NCBI GenBank assembly: GCA_964016885.1
Contig: OZ024740.1
Span: forward strand, 333,250,001 to 333,314,000
DNA: 64,000 nucleotides
Reading direction: 5' to 3'
Source: Eledone cirrhosa
Lineage: Eukaryota
Of the stretch, positions 38,401-52,585 are shown one piece after another. Positions within the stretch are counted from its first letter, which is position 1; every line of letters starts with the position of its first letter. The notes beneath the pieces were generated by a model. It was not told the DNA's origin, did not search any database, and saw only the letters and a program-made list of their open reading frames with translations. The position numbers were made by a program, and so were the translations under genes.

Positions 38401-39719
38401 CTTCAAAATACTTTGAATGAATTTGTACAAAATCAAAATAATCATAATCAATTTAGGAGACATTTGGATAGGAATAAGCTACCTCATTTCCGTTTTAAAA
38501 CCTATTTAGAAGTAAATGACCATATCATGCATTTGAGTGAGAAAGAAATCAGTAAATAGTTCAGTCAATTTTATTTTATATAAAGTATGTTGCTAGAAAT
38601 GCTAGTTTCCAGTCGTATTTCAATGACACACTATAGTTATTTTACTTCTATTCTGGTAATCCTAATACAATATATACCACTACACTTCAATGTATTGTTT
38701 TAAACGTTTTAATCGTTGGTTAATATAGAGTATACATATAAAAAAAGATTTATACTAATCGAGTACAAGAATATGTATATTAGATGAGCTCGTTTCGTCT
38801 AATATATATTGCATCAATGCCCCTGAGGACGATGTAATACTCGTAAACATACATACTTACTACTTTAAAATATATGTTTGCGTCACGTGAAAGAAACCTC
38901 TTTTGTAATAATTATTTGGAAAAAAATGAATCATTATTCATATTTGGCACATTGCGACACATAAGAAGTCGCCATTGTGTCTACGCAATTTTCCAGAAAT
39001 AATAATGTGAGGAAATTTAGAGAAGTATTTATGAAAACACACACTATTTAGTTAACATGTTCTTTCTCTCTGTTTTCTGAGGTGTTTCTTCAAAGAATAA
39101 TGATACATAAAATTATATAGCAACACACGAATTGTATCTTTTTTATTGCTTTTCGTGAATACCTTTACAGCATTAAACTTATAGATTAGTTATTCTAAAC
39201 TTTATTTAAGTGATCTTTGAAATATCAAAAGAAATATAGCGTCAAGTCCATTAAAAAAGATCTAAAAGTGTTTATTGATCTAGAAACAACCTCGACTAAC
39301 TATTATTAAAGCAACCATTCCTCAATATATTATAGGGTGGTAGACAACGTATGCTGTAAAATTAATAGATTTCGTGAATATGATGAGATGAATCTGATAT
39401 ATTTTCTTATATATCTTGAACATATTTTGAATACCTCACACCTCACTCACTCTTTTCCACTCTCTCTCGCTCTCATTCTCTCCCTTGCAAAATACTATTT
39501 CGCGCTAAAACAATAAAAGTAAAATTAGCAATACAATTTACAGACACATGCATTATATAAGTAAACATACACGGGCACATGCATGTGTGTATGTTGGTTA
39601 TATATAAAAATACACTCTCTGTCCCATCCCCTTGTTTCTATTCATTGCATACACATACAAACACATAATGACACACACGCACACACAAACACACACACAC
39701 ACACATACACACACACACA

Positions 39720-39772
<53 letters not shown>

Positions 39773-40139
39773 ATACACACACACATATATATATATATGT
39801 ATGTATGTATGAGAGTGAATGAGATATGTATGTGTGTGCTTTTATGAAGAAGCAAATATCTTTTATATATTTATCAATGACGAAATGTACATTAATATCG
39901 AAATAAATAATCTCCTAAAACTGACAAGATATATTTGCGTATAGTTAGCTACCATTTTGAAAATGTTATATTATCAAATTTTCTTCGGGAGTGAACATAA
40001 AAATTCAAAGTTACATTAAACAAGATTATATATAAAATAAGTTATTCCATATATGATTAAGATGTTATATATAATACAATCTCCAAAGTATGTTTCAATA
40101 TATATCCACTCACACACAAGCACAGTAAAAACACACACA

Positions 40140-40214
<75 letters not shown>

Positions 40215-41509
40215 GAGGGGTTGCATCTATGTGTATGTTAGTGTGTGTGGTGTGTGAGTATATAACATATATAACACACACACACGCACAAATACATATA
40301 TGTGCGTATATATATGTGTGTGTGTGTGTGGTTGTGTGTGTGTGCGTTTGTTTATAGTTTCTTCATTGAAAGATGTACAGCAATATACTGAGATGATAAT
40401 AAAACAAACTATGAATACATTTTGTAGATTAAGAAGTTGTTTCAATATATAGACTATATATTTGAATAAATATCAATATAGAGTAAAACATTAAGAGCAG
40501 TCAATTAATTTCATAGCATAGACGAGAATATTACATGATAATCATTTTCTGTTAGATTTAACTTATAACATTTTCGTATATTATATTTCCCTCATTACAC
40601 TAAATCCTGTTCCTTCAGCGGATAAAAATAAATTCGTTAACGTGTGTGTAATTTTTACTAAAGTAGAACGAGTGGTTATACAATGTGTAATTGTATCATA
40701 TAATGTATTGATAATATTTATGATTACATCTAGTATCAATATTGTATATATTATATATAAAAGGAGAACACGGAGATACAAAAACAGTGTGGTATTAAAT
40801 TCACGCTGAGGATGATAAAGAAAAAAAAGAGATCAAGGTATTGGATGTTTATCCTTTGTCGGGAGAGTACGGTGGGATAGATTAGAAAATAAAAATAAAA
40901 ATACCGGGACACGTGAATGTATGTGTGTTATTTTTAATATTTTTTTCACCGTATTTATTGCTGGAATGATCTACACATTGTTCAGGGCGGTGTTTAGTTA
41001 GTCCTGTGGTATAAACATTATGTATGAGTGTGGATTGTTACTCTTTTACTCTTTTACTCTTTTACCTGCTCCAGCCATCCAGCCTATATATAACATATAA
41101 AATTAATGTTTAATGTAAATTATCTATCTGGTCATTATCTGTAAGATGTGGAAAATATTTCATCAGTATTACCAAAATAACGTTAGCATTCTCTTTAAAA
41201 TACACCCACAATTAACAACCAAACTCGCATCGCATAACAACATTGCTGAACAAATACTTTACCTCGACATTTTTTGCAGAAACATTGCAATGTCCTGTGA
41301 GCTAGGATTTCTTTTCAGAAATTAAGAAAATCTCAAACGCAAAAGTATAGTGGAAAAAATAGATTTTTAAAGAATCGGCTAAAAATGCCCCTATAGATTG
41401 GAAAACTGGCCAGATATCCTACTGCGTTTCAAGTTTTCTACAATTCAAAAATCAATTTTATATATGTATATATATATATAAGTATATATATATATATTTA
41501 TATATATAC

Positions 41510-41551
<42 letters not shown>

Positions 41552-41580
41552 CGAAGATATAGATATATATATATATATAT

Positions 41581-41780
41581 AACGAAGGAAATATGGTAAG
41601 GAACCAGGTGGACCATAACGCACCAAAGTACTCAATATACTTAGGGTAGTAGAGTGGGTAATAGGAACGAGTAGGACCTCGACGGCTGAGCTCAAACCGT
41701 TTCGACGGCTAATTCTGGACGCATTTAGTCCAGAATTAGCCGTCGAAACAGCTTGAGCTCAGCCGTCGAGGTCCTACTCG

Positions 41781-41785
<5 letters not shown>
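41581..41785 (-). mobile_element. Family H 3' fragment with fold-back at 41720-41728
   Basis: 3' half of the HHR plus tail; ~60-bp inverted arm; flanked by (TA)n. Confidence 0.8.
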
Positions 41786-41835
<50 letters not shown>

Positions 41836-41836
<1 letters not shown>

Positions 41837-42710
41837 AATAAAATTAGTCCTTCATCAGTGATCTTCCAGCCTTCATTGATATTTAATCGCTTAAAAGAGC
41901 ATATACCTCTGGTCGGTACGAGCAACGGCTAAAGAAAGTCGTTGGGACACGTAAATAGGGGGAACGAGCAAGACAGTAAACAAAGATGGTAATGCAACGA
42001 AAAGTGAGGAAGAAGGAGTCAAATCCCTGAAATCGATAAACATAAGTTCTGTGAAATCGTAGACGAGAGAGAATAAAGACCATCCAACCTGTTCGAAATG
42101 TAAGTGAGGAAAGAATTTCGCACAGGTGAAACGGGACGAAGTGATGAAGTGGGAATGGCAAAGAGTGAGTGAGTGAAAGTGCGAGGAAGAGGCTAACAGA
42201 TAGAGTGACTGGCAGAGGGGGTAAAAAGAAAGTGAGAGATACAGAGAAAGGGGAAGCAGTAAGAAAGAAAGAAAAGACGGGTCACATCGTAGGAAAATAT
42301 ATCAATATATGAAAAATATGAAAAAATGGCGTGCTGCGTGGTTGCAAATGGGTTACATATGAATAAAATTAGTCCTTCGTCAGTGATCTTCCAGCCTTCA
42401 TTGGTATTTCATCGCTTCAAAGACCATATATATCTGGTTGGTGCGGCTAAAGAAAGTCGTTGGGACACGTAAATAGGTGGAACGAGCGAGACAGTAAACA
42501 AACGAAGATGGGAATGCAACGAAAAGTGAGGAAGAAGGAGTCAAGTCCCTGAAATCGATGAATATAAGTTCTGTGAAATCGTAGACGAGAGAGAATAAAG
42601 ACCATCCGACAAAGTGATGAAATACTAATGAAGGCTGGAAAATCACTGATGAAGGACTAATTTTATTCATATGTAACCCATTTGCAAAATGCAGCACGCC
42701 CTTTTTTCAT
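41836..42710 (-). repeat. ~524-nt unit, ~1.5 tandem copies, plus inverted piece 42612-42710
   Basis: GAATAAAATTAGTCCTTC at 41837 and 42361; homologous to 14754-15470. Confidence 0.8.
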
Positions 42711-43128
42711 ACCAAATATATATATATATATATATTAATACATTCATACGTATATAGAGATATACCACCATATTACCCTTCAGAAATAATGTGGTTTAGT
42801 TTAATACATATTTCAATTAGTAAATCCTTGATTTCTACATTCCATGTAAATCTTATTGAATTTTTGATTCCTGTGAACCTATCATTCGCCTTCTTTCATT
42901 GTACATTCATTGAAATCAATTATAAAATGTTTTCTCCATATGTATCTTTTATATTATTGTGAAGCATATCACTACTTAATTAATATGGCTTTTTAAGACT
43001 ATTGATGGGCATAACATAGCAGTTAAAAATTTAGAAATGAAATCATTAAAACATACAATCTTCGCTCCTCTGTTTCGTTTTTGCAGTGCCTGTTTATTCA
43101 TCTGTATGTTTTGTCATACTTTTTCTCT

Positions 43129-43250
<122 letters not shown>

Positions 43251-44799
43251 CTCTCTCTATCGCTCTATCTCTCTCTATCTATCGATCTATCTATCTATCA
43301 ATCTATCTATCTATCTCTTTTCCTATTTCACTCTCATTCACATACATGACTAACATTCATATACTTCTGTTCAGCTATATTGAAGAATGGAAATATTCAA
43401 CAGATACAATACTTATATTTGAACTCTGCTACACTTGATTTCCGAGATGGATTTTCTTAAGCCAATACAAGTGAATTTACTTAAAAAAGATAAATGAAGA
43501 TGAAATCATCTCCGTTGCACCATATGCAGAAACGTGTAGCCAAACAGAGCCTAACCATAGTTTATAAACAGTTATAAGTATTTAATAAAAACATAATCAC
43601 GTTGTAAATGAAATAAATGATGTATATGGCATAGAAACTTTAAGAAAAGGTTCATACTTCTTATATATCATTTTAAATTATATCAAATATATCATTTATC
43701 AACTACAATTTCTACATCATTTATCATACTTCTCATTTCTCAGGCAAAATAAGTTATATATATATTTTGTATAATTTAAAAATAAATATAAATGTATTTG
43801 TTTCCCACCACTAAATCATATAAATTTATAATCGAAATCAGAATGTATAATTACATTAGAGAAATAAAAATGGTAACTAACTCTATGTTATTTCAAGGAC
43901 TGTCAACAATCTGAAGTGAGAGTGCTTTGCATTAGAAATTATAGCATTAGAAAATAATTTGGTATTTTGACGTCGTTCCTCTAAAGGGTTTTAATGATAG
44001 AAGCGTGTTATGTCAAATTCACCATATTGCCTGGGCATATAAACCATCCTCTCAACCAGGCTTTCCGAACCGGGGCGTTTTCAATTGGTGAGCGGACGAT
44101 GAGCAACCGAAGAAAAAATGTTCGGTGATTGGAAACTTTGCCGAGCGATATATTGTTTTGAATATTAAGCTGGTTTTCAACATATGCAACCAGAAACAAA
44201 TATTCGAAGGATATTTGCAAATGAAAGTATAGAAGGAAAAACAACAATAACAGAAGTCTAAACGGGAATAGCCAGACCATACTCATAGATAAAATATAAA
44301 TATTACTGTAATCAAAGAAACTTTTGGTGTGTTCTGTATATTTGAGAAGCATTCAAATAATTATTCGAGTGAAATAATATTTTCGGGATTATAAATCAGA
44401 TACGGCAAGCCAAGAACAAATTTGCCCGTGGGAGAAAAATTTAGAAGTGACCTCAGGATAAACTTACCAATTCTGTCAGTACCGGGGGTTCACTGATAAA
44501 TTTGACACAGCGAATGACCTTTCAGAATGCTGACGGCATGCCATAGACATGGAGGCGCGGACGGCAATGCCAGATAAAATATGAGAATCCCAAGATGGGA
44601 CATTTTCACAGCTCAATGCGCATGCTCATATAAATAGACAACCACTTTATGTTATTGGATTGTATTGATCGCCAAGTTATTGCATCACTCTTGTGTTCTC
44701 GTATTTGTGGATTATTGAAAACGGACTTCGAGTAAAATTGTTGAACGAGAATTTTGCTAACTATTTTTTCTACACTTTTCTTAGTGAATTTTGTAATCC

Positions 44800-45290
44800 C
44801 AATGTCTCCATCTAAGATATATTATCGTTAATACAGCACTGTTTATTTATCTTATGGTTTTATCGTTTCCCCTTCGAGCTTTGAACTATCTATACATCTT
44901 ATGTACAACCGAACTTTAAGTAAGGAAGACATGAAGCCTTCGTGCTTAGTGTACCCTTTCTACATTAATATTGCTGACCACAAAAAAAGTCCATTGACAT
45001 ATTTCTAACAATGTATGACCTTATTCGAAAAGCAAATCACGTTGATCTCGTAATTACAAAAAGCAACACGATAACGACATGATTGCCTCGTACAACATTA
45101 TGTTACTGGTTGCAATAGCCAGTAAGTCCCACTCTATAGGAGAAACATTGCTTCGACTTATTTTTGAAAAAGTTATTTCGACTATAAGACGTCTAACACA
45201 ATACTCAAGACAATGCCCCTTATTTACGCCCGTTTCGCTAGTTGTAGGAATATAAATGTCAATGAGATAATCAGAAATATAAATCTATAT
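44800..45290 (+). pseudogene. Decayed hAT (Buster/Charlie-type) transposase N-terminus
   Basis: Manual translation YGFIVSPSS...TLSKEDMKPS...LTYF (BED-finger remnant) and IASYNIMLLVAIASKSHSIGETLL; possible TIR remnant CTCTCAACCAGG near 44049. Confidence 0.7.
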
Positions 45291-45410
45291 ACCAAACCAA
45301 TTAAAATATTTAAGAATAAAACGTTTATAAAATACGTCGCATGTGGAAGAGATGTTTCATGTTAACGTTAATACAGATATCAAATTATATATATATATAT
45401 ATATATATAA

Positions 45411-45601
45411 TGAAGGAGGTGTGGTAAGGAACCAGATTGACAATAACGCAACAGAGTACCCAATACTTATGGTAGTAGAGTGGGTAATAGGAAAAAGTTT
45501 AACCCCGACGGCAGAGTTCAAACCGTTCCGACGGCTATTTCTGGACAGAAATAGCCGTCGAAACGGCTTGAGCTCAGCTTTCCGGTTAAAGTTTTTTCCT
45601 A
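45411..45601 (-). mobile_element. Family H 3' fragment with fold-back at ~45544
   Basis: Same layout as 41581-41785. Confidence 0.8.
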
Positions 45602-48600
45602 TATATATATATATATATATATATATTTGGAAAGGGAGTAAGATTCTATAAAAGACAGGGGTTATAGAGAAAAGGGGGGATTGGAAATAGCACTGAAAAT
45701 ATATTTAAGAATCTGTATTTCTTTTTTACTTCTTTGATTCGTCAAAGTGACATTATTAAAAACATGAGAGGAAAAATTATAAAATATAACCGGTTTAGAT
45801 GTATCTGTGAGAACCATTTTATCAACTGTTGGATATTAAAATTAAAAACAATTAAAAAGAATAACAAATGTAAGAATTAAGATTAAGTTTATCTTTCTTG
45901 TGAAGATTGGGTCTAAAGTGGAACTTTATATATATAGAGAGAGGTAGCCATATTTTATTCTGATTGACCCCATAACCATTCTACATTTTATAAATTCCAT
46001 TCGCTGTATGCAATGAATCCTAAAATAATAAAGTCAAATTGCCAACTATAGGAAATAAGAAGAATGCCTTGCAAAATATAACACAGTAATTGGTTTGCAT
46101 CCCTCTCGCTACACATACACACACACATGTATATATATATATAGGTATGTGTGTGTGTCTGCCATTATACATATGTATATAAATATGTCTGTCCGTATGC
46201 ATGTTAATATAAAATATGTTAACATAAATAACAAACATCCAATGTTTACTATATATCTCAGAATATTGATGTGTTGACAAATCTGAAGATGTAAGAAAAC
46301 TATGCAAAGTATTCTTTTGTTATTTTACGTTTTTTTATTACATTCGTCTGTATTACACTTCCAGCTTACAGAAAGTGCTTGTCAAGTTTCCATCATATTT
46401 CATTTCTAGTGACATTTCTCAAAACTCATGAACAAACCTAAGGGCAACTTCAGTCTTCAATATAAGGACTCTTCTCATATCAAACCCCTTCCCACCAAAA
46501 TGGCTACAGAAATTACATGGGTCTTATATGCAAAATATTCTCTGCTGAAATATGCCATCAAATATAGTACATTTGAGTTTCAGCTGACGTGGCTCTTTTT
46601 GATCAGTTTATCGCTACTGTAGGATATGTTGTTTCTTAGAAGCCGCTAATTTTATTTTCCTGCAGGCTGGCTCTCACAAGCTGAAGTAGTAGATATTTCA
46701 TTACTATTAAAGCTGGTGGAAATGATTTTGAAGACTGAAGAGGACGGACCTATGGCATTGCTTGGTCACTAAACAGGAATGAAAGTCAGACTTAAGGATA
46801 AGCATAAGGCAGCTGTTTTCATCCCCTTTTAATACAGTTAAACCTGTTACTCTAAAGAAGTATATTTCTTCTTTCGTTAATAAGGCTTCTTCTTTTTCGA
46901 AGGTGCTGTGATGTGGAGGGAGGGCGATGTGTATATTATATTTTAGTAAATCGACTTTTATGAGAAGAAATAGAAACCACACTGCAAACCCTGAGATCGA
47001 ATAAAATGTTTATGCATAGCACTAAAGCAATGTTCAAATTGAAAGCAATGTTCAAATTGAAAGAAATGTTCAAATTGTCATGAGTGTTAGAGAGATTAAT
47101 GTATTAATTATAGTGTTCGTTTCGAAGTTCAAATTAGGTCGTTATACATTTTCAGTTTCTTTATCTTGCTTTACTAATAACATGACATATCTCAATCTGT
47201 ATAGGAATATCAACGAAATATACATAGAAATTTCGGATCGTGTCCTATGACCAATGGTGTATATTTCCTGGATCACACACTTCTAATTCTATACGTAAGT
47301 CGAAACATTTGAGTGTTGGCTGGTATCTCATGATATATTAGTTCAGGCTATCTGTGGTGAGTCCAAAGCATACTAATGTGGACTTTGCTTCTCAGACTTG
47401 CATAATCAATAAATAAATTAATATCTATGTATAATGGTTGACTCTCTCTCTCAATCTATCTCTCTTTCTTTCTTTTTCCTTTGCTCCATGTATCTTTCTC
47501 TCTCTCTCTTACATGTGTCCCTCTCTCGCTCGCTTTCTCCAACTTAATATTATCGCTTGTTCAAAGGTTCGGGTTTGACATATATTTTGTTACTGATTTG
47601 GTTTCCGAATTGCGTTAAAGTTACTCGTGCCTGTGGAACAATTAGTTAATTGCCGGATCAAGAATTGAAAAATAGCTTAGATTGGTTCCAATAGAGTAAT
47701 TTTTGTCTTAACGAGTTCACTATAAATGAAGTACAACTCACTTTACCATTCCAGAATGGACAGGAAAAAATAAAATGATAGAACTATTTGGAACAAACAA
47801 AACAACGTAAAGATGGGTCGATTAAATCCATTCTATAACACACATATATAGTTGGTTTTCTGCCAAGACAAACAATCATGATAAACAAATTTTATTCATT
47901 TTATACAGCTTGTAGATCATAACCTCTGCAAAGAGAATGAACAGGATTTTTTGTCAATGTCTGGTGGTTAAAATTACGTTAAAATGATTAATACTAAAAG
48001 AAAGCAAAAACATAAACAAATATAGCCTAAGGTAATATTTCATAAGTAGACAGGAGAAAAATTCTGTTAGAATCAAACTCAACACAATAAAAAATAGTTT
48101 GAGGGAACCTGATTGATTATGAAAAAATAAAATAGTGCCATCAATAATAATGATACAATGATAAAATAGATGCTTATGAGACAAATAATGATACAAAATA
48201 AATGGGTATATCAACAATACATTCAATCCGAACAAATATTATTTGAATATGAACAAAGATATAAAATAATACGGAATTGAAGAAAATACAACATTAATTC
48301 ACTGAAGGATTCAAGAGTTCACAATGAATAATTCAAAGTCAAAAATATAATTTAACAAAAGATATTATTCCCCGTTTACAATCAAGTGACTGGAAAACCT
48401 ATATTTATATGGATGAACAGGGTCAAGCGAAATTAAAATATTTCAAAACAGTTATTCAAAAATAGTAATTCTGTTGTTGTGATTAGCATATTAAATATAA
48501 GATGTAATATATATTTAGATAACGATAGAAATTTTCAAAATGTTTTCTTTTATTTGTTTTGGAACAAATCGAATTTCATGTACGGACGTGTATTCTTATA

Positions 48601-48976
48601 TAACAAATTATAAAATAAGTCGAATAACGGGCTTCTTTCATGAGAAGTAACACAAATGAAAAGTTTTGTTTTATTTAATCATTTACTTTTCTTTCTTTAT
48701 TTAGTGAATCCATCATGCACATTGTATGGCTGTCCCTGCTGCCTGCGATCTATTACGTATCGAATAAAGTTTCCAAACCATAGTTTCTGAGTGCTACGCC
48801 ATAATGTATGTGATTAATATTGGTAAACAGAATTAAGTTGCATATCTGCAACATATTTTTTTCATGCATATGCTTCCCCTCTGAAGCAATTTTGTTAATG
48901 ACAAAACTTGAATAACTGAAATCTGTGAAAGAGAGTATGTATTACACACATACATAAATACACACACATACACACA

Positions 48977-49036
<60 letters not shown>

Positions 49037-49042
<6 letters not shown>

Positions 49043-49396
49043 TAAAAGGAATTCCAACCTTGTCTGATTTACTCGTTTTATTTACAATCCTTTAAAATTT
49101 ATAATGGTTTTAGAATGAAATAGTATGGTAGAATATTAAATGTTAAGTGTTAATTGAACAAGTACTTTCATGCTTTCGCAATCTTCAGGTTCACATTGTG
49201 TGATGACAGTCAAGTTTGCAATTTTCACAGTTGAAAATTGCAAACTTGACTGTCATCACACAATATGAACCTGAAGATTGCGAAAGCATGAAAGTACTTG
49301 TTCAATTAACACTTAACATTTAATATTCTACCATACTATTTCATTCTAATAACATTATAAATTTTAAAGGATTGTAAATAAAACGAGTAAATCAGA
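49037..49396. mobile_element. Neptune pLTR as a near-perfect fold-back (centre ~49228), one HHR per arm
   Basis: Arms of ~165 bp; match to 34814-35198. Confidence 0.88.
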
Positions 49397-49859
49397 TTTC
49401 CGTAGTTGTCTCTATGGCATAGCGTTGAAACTCCTGGCTTTGGGTTCAATCCTGGCCAAGGGGTACAAGTATGCTTTTTCAGTTTTTATTTTACAACCAA
49501 TAGAAAAAATTGAAAAGGTTTACCGGGAACGCTACTCCCGACCGGGATAGAACTTCAGACCAAGAACACCATAATCTACGATTCCTCCAACTAGGCCACC
49601 AAAACAGCTACAAAACTATAATGAAAATTGATAATTATAAAACTACTTTCAGAATCAAAGTTAAAAAGATGTGGTGTCGTTCATGGCTTTCCTAGATCTA
49701 TTAGTCATATTTAGGTTCGTCTTCTGGTCATTATTGAAAGACTCTGTATTTAGCAAAATACATATTTTATATAGGAGAAAGTAAGATATTTTTCCGCAAT
49801 AATTTGATTGCACACTGTTTTGTTTCCACTTAAGTATTTTTAGAAAATGTTATTATTCT

Positions 49860-49985
49860 TTACGGTCTGAGTTCAAATCCCGTCGAGGTTAACTTTGCCT
49901 TTCATCCTTATGGGGTCGATAAAATAAAGTACCAGTAATGTACTGGATAATTTCTGGCTTTGTGCCAAAAGTAGAAACAGTTATT
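49860..49985 (+). mobile_element. SINE family 1, 5'-truncated
   Basis: From CTGAGTTCAAATCCCG to AGTAGAAACAGTTATT. Confidence 0.85.
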
Positions 49986-50097
49986 ATTCATTACAAAAAC
50001 TAAATGATAGCATTCTATATGTAGGTGGCGCCCCTTCATCTCTGGCAACTAATATTTTTAGACCCAGTCCGCAACTGCATATATATATATATATATA

Positions 50098-51750
50098 TTG
50101 GTAAACGGAATAAAAAATGCTGACAAATTGTTCACAGTGAAAAATAGTTTAATTAGGAATAAGTGAGAATTAGTAATAGTATTGGTTAGTATTCAGTTTT
50201 GGTTTTTAGTTTTGATAATTTTTATTACTATCGGTTTCTCTTCCCTGTCTTGTGTTATTTTGTTTGCCTGTATCTGTTTGCTGTGTCTAAAAAATGGTTG
50301 GGGTAGAGGGGTTGTCTGCTGATGTTAAGTTTTCTCCTGTGTTTGTTATATTCCTTGTTGTTGTAAAGTGTGGTTCGGGTTGGTGGTTGTAGATTGAATG
50401 GGGTGTTCCTGTACTGCGAGTATGGGTGTGTGTTTCTATGTGCCATGTTGGATTGTGGTGTTATAGGTGGCATACGTTTTGGGTTGTATCGTGTGGTGTG
50501 GGTTTGTTGTGTATTGTGGAAGCGAGAGTTGAGAAAATGGAAATTACCTTGCTGTCCCCTTGAAGCGGGGAAGTTGTTACATCTATCATGGTGGTGGTAT
50601 CTTTTCCCTATGTTTGACGATGAGGCATCCGCGTAGTAGTTGAGTGATTTGGTATGGTGTCTCCTGGAAGGGGGAAAGTTGTATATGTCATTCTGGGGTA
50701 GAAGATTTCTAGGGTTTTTGTTCCTTCTTATGGTAGCGAGGTTGGGAAGTTCATCTTCGGTGTGGTGCTTCCTTCTTCGTTTCTTAGTGGCTTGGGGGTT
50801 TGCGAAGTTGGTGTGCGGTTCAGTTATGGGTTTTCGTAATTTTATGAACGGGTTATTGGAGGTGTAATCCGTTTGAAAAGTCGATTCATAGTGTAGGAAC
50901 CAAGCGGCACTGTTTTCCCAGCATTGAAGGGATTTCAGTTCTTCTCTGTTGCAGTCCCCTTTCCATAATTTGGAGATCTTCTCTACCTTGGGGCCTTCAG
51001 TTTTATTGTTGATTTGCAGGAGGATCTCTTCATCGATGGTTTTGATTTTTTCCTCATTTGTCTGGGCCCTCAGTTTAAGAAGTTCAATTTCTGTCTCCAT
51101 TTTTTCCAATGCCATTCTTTCCCTATGGTGTCTTTGAGGTTCGGGTTCATTTGGAATGAACTTTATTTGTATTTTACGGGGGAGAGTTAGAGGGGTTGAG
51201 TTAAGCCATTTTTCATATATCTCCGCTTTGTTGTGATTTTGTATCATCTTCCAGAATGAGAACTTTCTGTCTCTGAGGGATTTGTTCCATTTTGGAATTG
51301 TTCGAATGTTCATTTTGTATGAATCAATCTCACATGGTTCTTCGTTGGTTTTTCCTGGGTTGGTAGTAGTGAACATAGTTTGGATAGTATCGCAAAGGTT
51401 TTGGAGTTTATCGCCGATTTCGGAGGGTTTGTAAACGGTGACGGTTTCCTTATTTGTGGAGTCAAGTTTGTCGACCAGCATTTTACAACAACAAGGAATA
51501 TAACAAACACAGGAGACCACTTAACATCAGCAGACAACCCCTCTATCCCAACCATTTTTTAGACACAGCACACAGATACAGGCAAACAAAATAACACAAG
51601 ACGGAGGAGAAACCGATAGTAATAAAAATTATCAAAACTAAAAACCAAAACTGAATACTAACCAATACTATTACTAATTCTCACTTATTCCTAATTAAAC
51701 TATTTTTCACTGTGAACAATTTGTCAGCATTTTAAATTCCGTTTACCAAT
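50098..51750 (-). mobile_element. Insertion with ~270-bp inverted duplication of its 3' end
   Basis: 50098-50370 is the reverse complement of 51481-51750; starts at (TA)n. Confidence 0.8.
50255..51480 (-). CDS. Orphan coiled-coil/basic protein ORF, 5'-truncated, inside a PLE-style insertion
   Basis: ~408 stop-free codons of non-repetitive sequence; helical region RERMALEKMETEIELLKLRAQTNEEKIKTIDEE; basic low-complexity tail. The first ~13 aa of the annotated ORF come from the inverted arm. Confidence 0.65.
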
Positions 51751-51830
51751 ATATCATAACTTGTGTGTTACACCTCTATTCTTTTAAATATATATATATA
51801 GTGTATAATTAAGAACATAGTGAAACACCA

Positions 51831-51866
<36 letters not shown>

Positions 51867-51928
51867 TGTGTCTGTTTGCGTGTGCTTACGCACACACACA
51901 TACACACACACATACACACGCGCTCGCG

Positions 51929-51965
<37 letters not shown>

Positions 51966-51996
51966 TTAATATCTACAGGATTAGAACTGTTCTAAT

Positions 51997-52084
<88 letters not shown>

Positions 52085-52390
52085 TTTTTGTGAGAATCAG
52101 CCATATGGAACTATTGTCATCTTGCCTGGCGGTTTGAACTTTACAACACCACTTGCCTCTTTGAGGTCAAATACCAACCCTACTAGCATCTACAAATTGA
52201 CCAATGAGAATTAAGATTATTCCCGCTGACAACATTAAATTATCCCTAACAAGCTCATATGTCCCAAGGCTCTGATACCATCAAAACCATGAACACAAAG
52301 CTGGCATGTCTAAGAACTGACTAACTGCCTGATGAGGTCATAGCCATTCAATGGGTATCATCGAAATAAAGTAAATAAAGGATTATGAGT
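52085..52390 (+). mobile_element. Decayed PLE 3' end with degenerate HHR at ~52326-52372
   Basis: LPGGLN-like ORF end; CTGATGA-GGTCATAGCCAT(TCA)ATGGGTATCATC-GAAA; stems I and III eroded. Confidence 0.45.
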
Positions 52391-52502
52391 TCATATATAT
52401 ATATATACATAATTGTTTCATTCGGGAGGAATCATCGGGAAGCTGCCTGGCATCCTCATGATTTCTCCCGAATGAAACAGTTCTAGTCCTGTAGAGGCCA
52501 TT

Positions 52503-52585
<83 letters not shown>

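Noticed and set aside
38815-38855. CTGAGGA-CGATGTAATACTCG-TAAA
   Set aside because: GAAA box and stems I/III missing.
46380-47000. Possible host exon (acceptor-like TTTTCCTGCAG at ~46655-46665)
   Set aside because: No coherent reading frame or recognisable protein.
50098-51750. DNA transposon with 270-bp TIRs
   Set aside because: The inverted arm duplicates the ORF's 3' coding end and truncates its 5' end; no transposase motif; fits a PLE-type inversion better.
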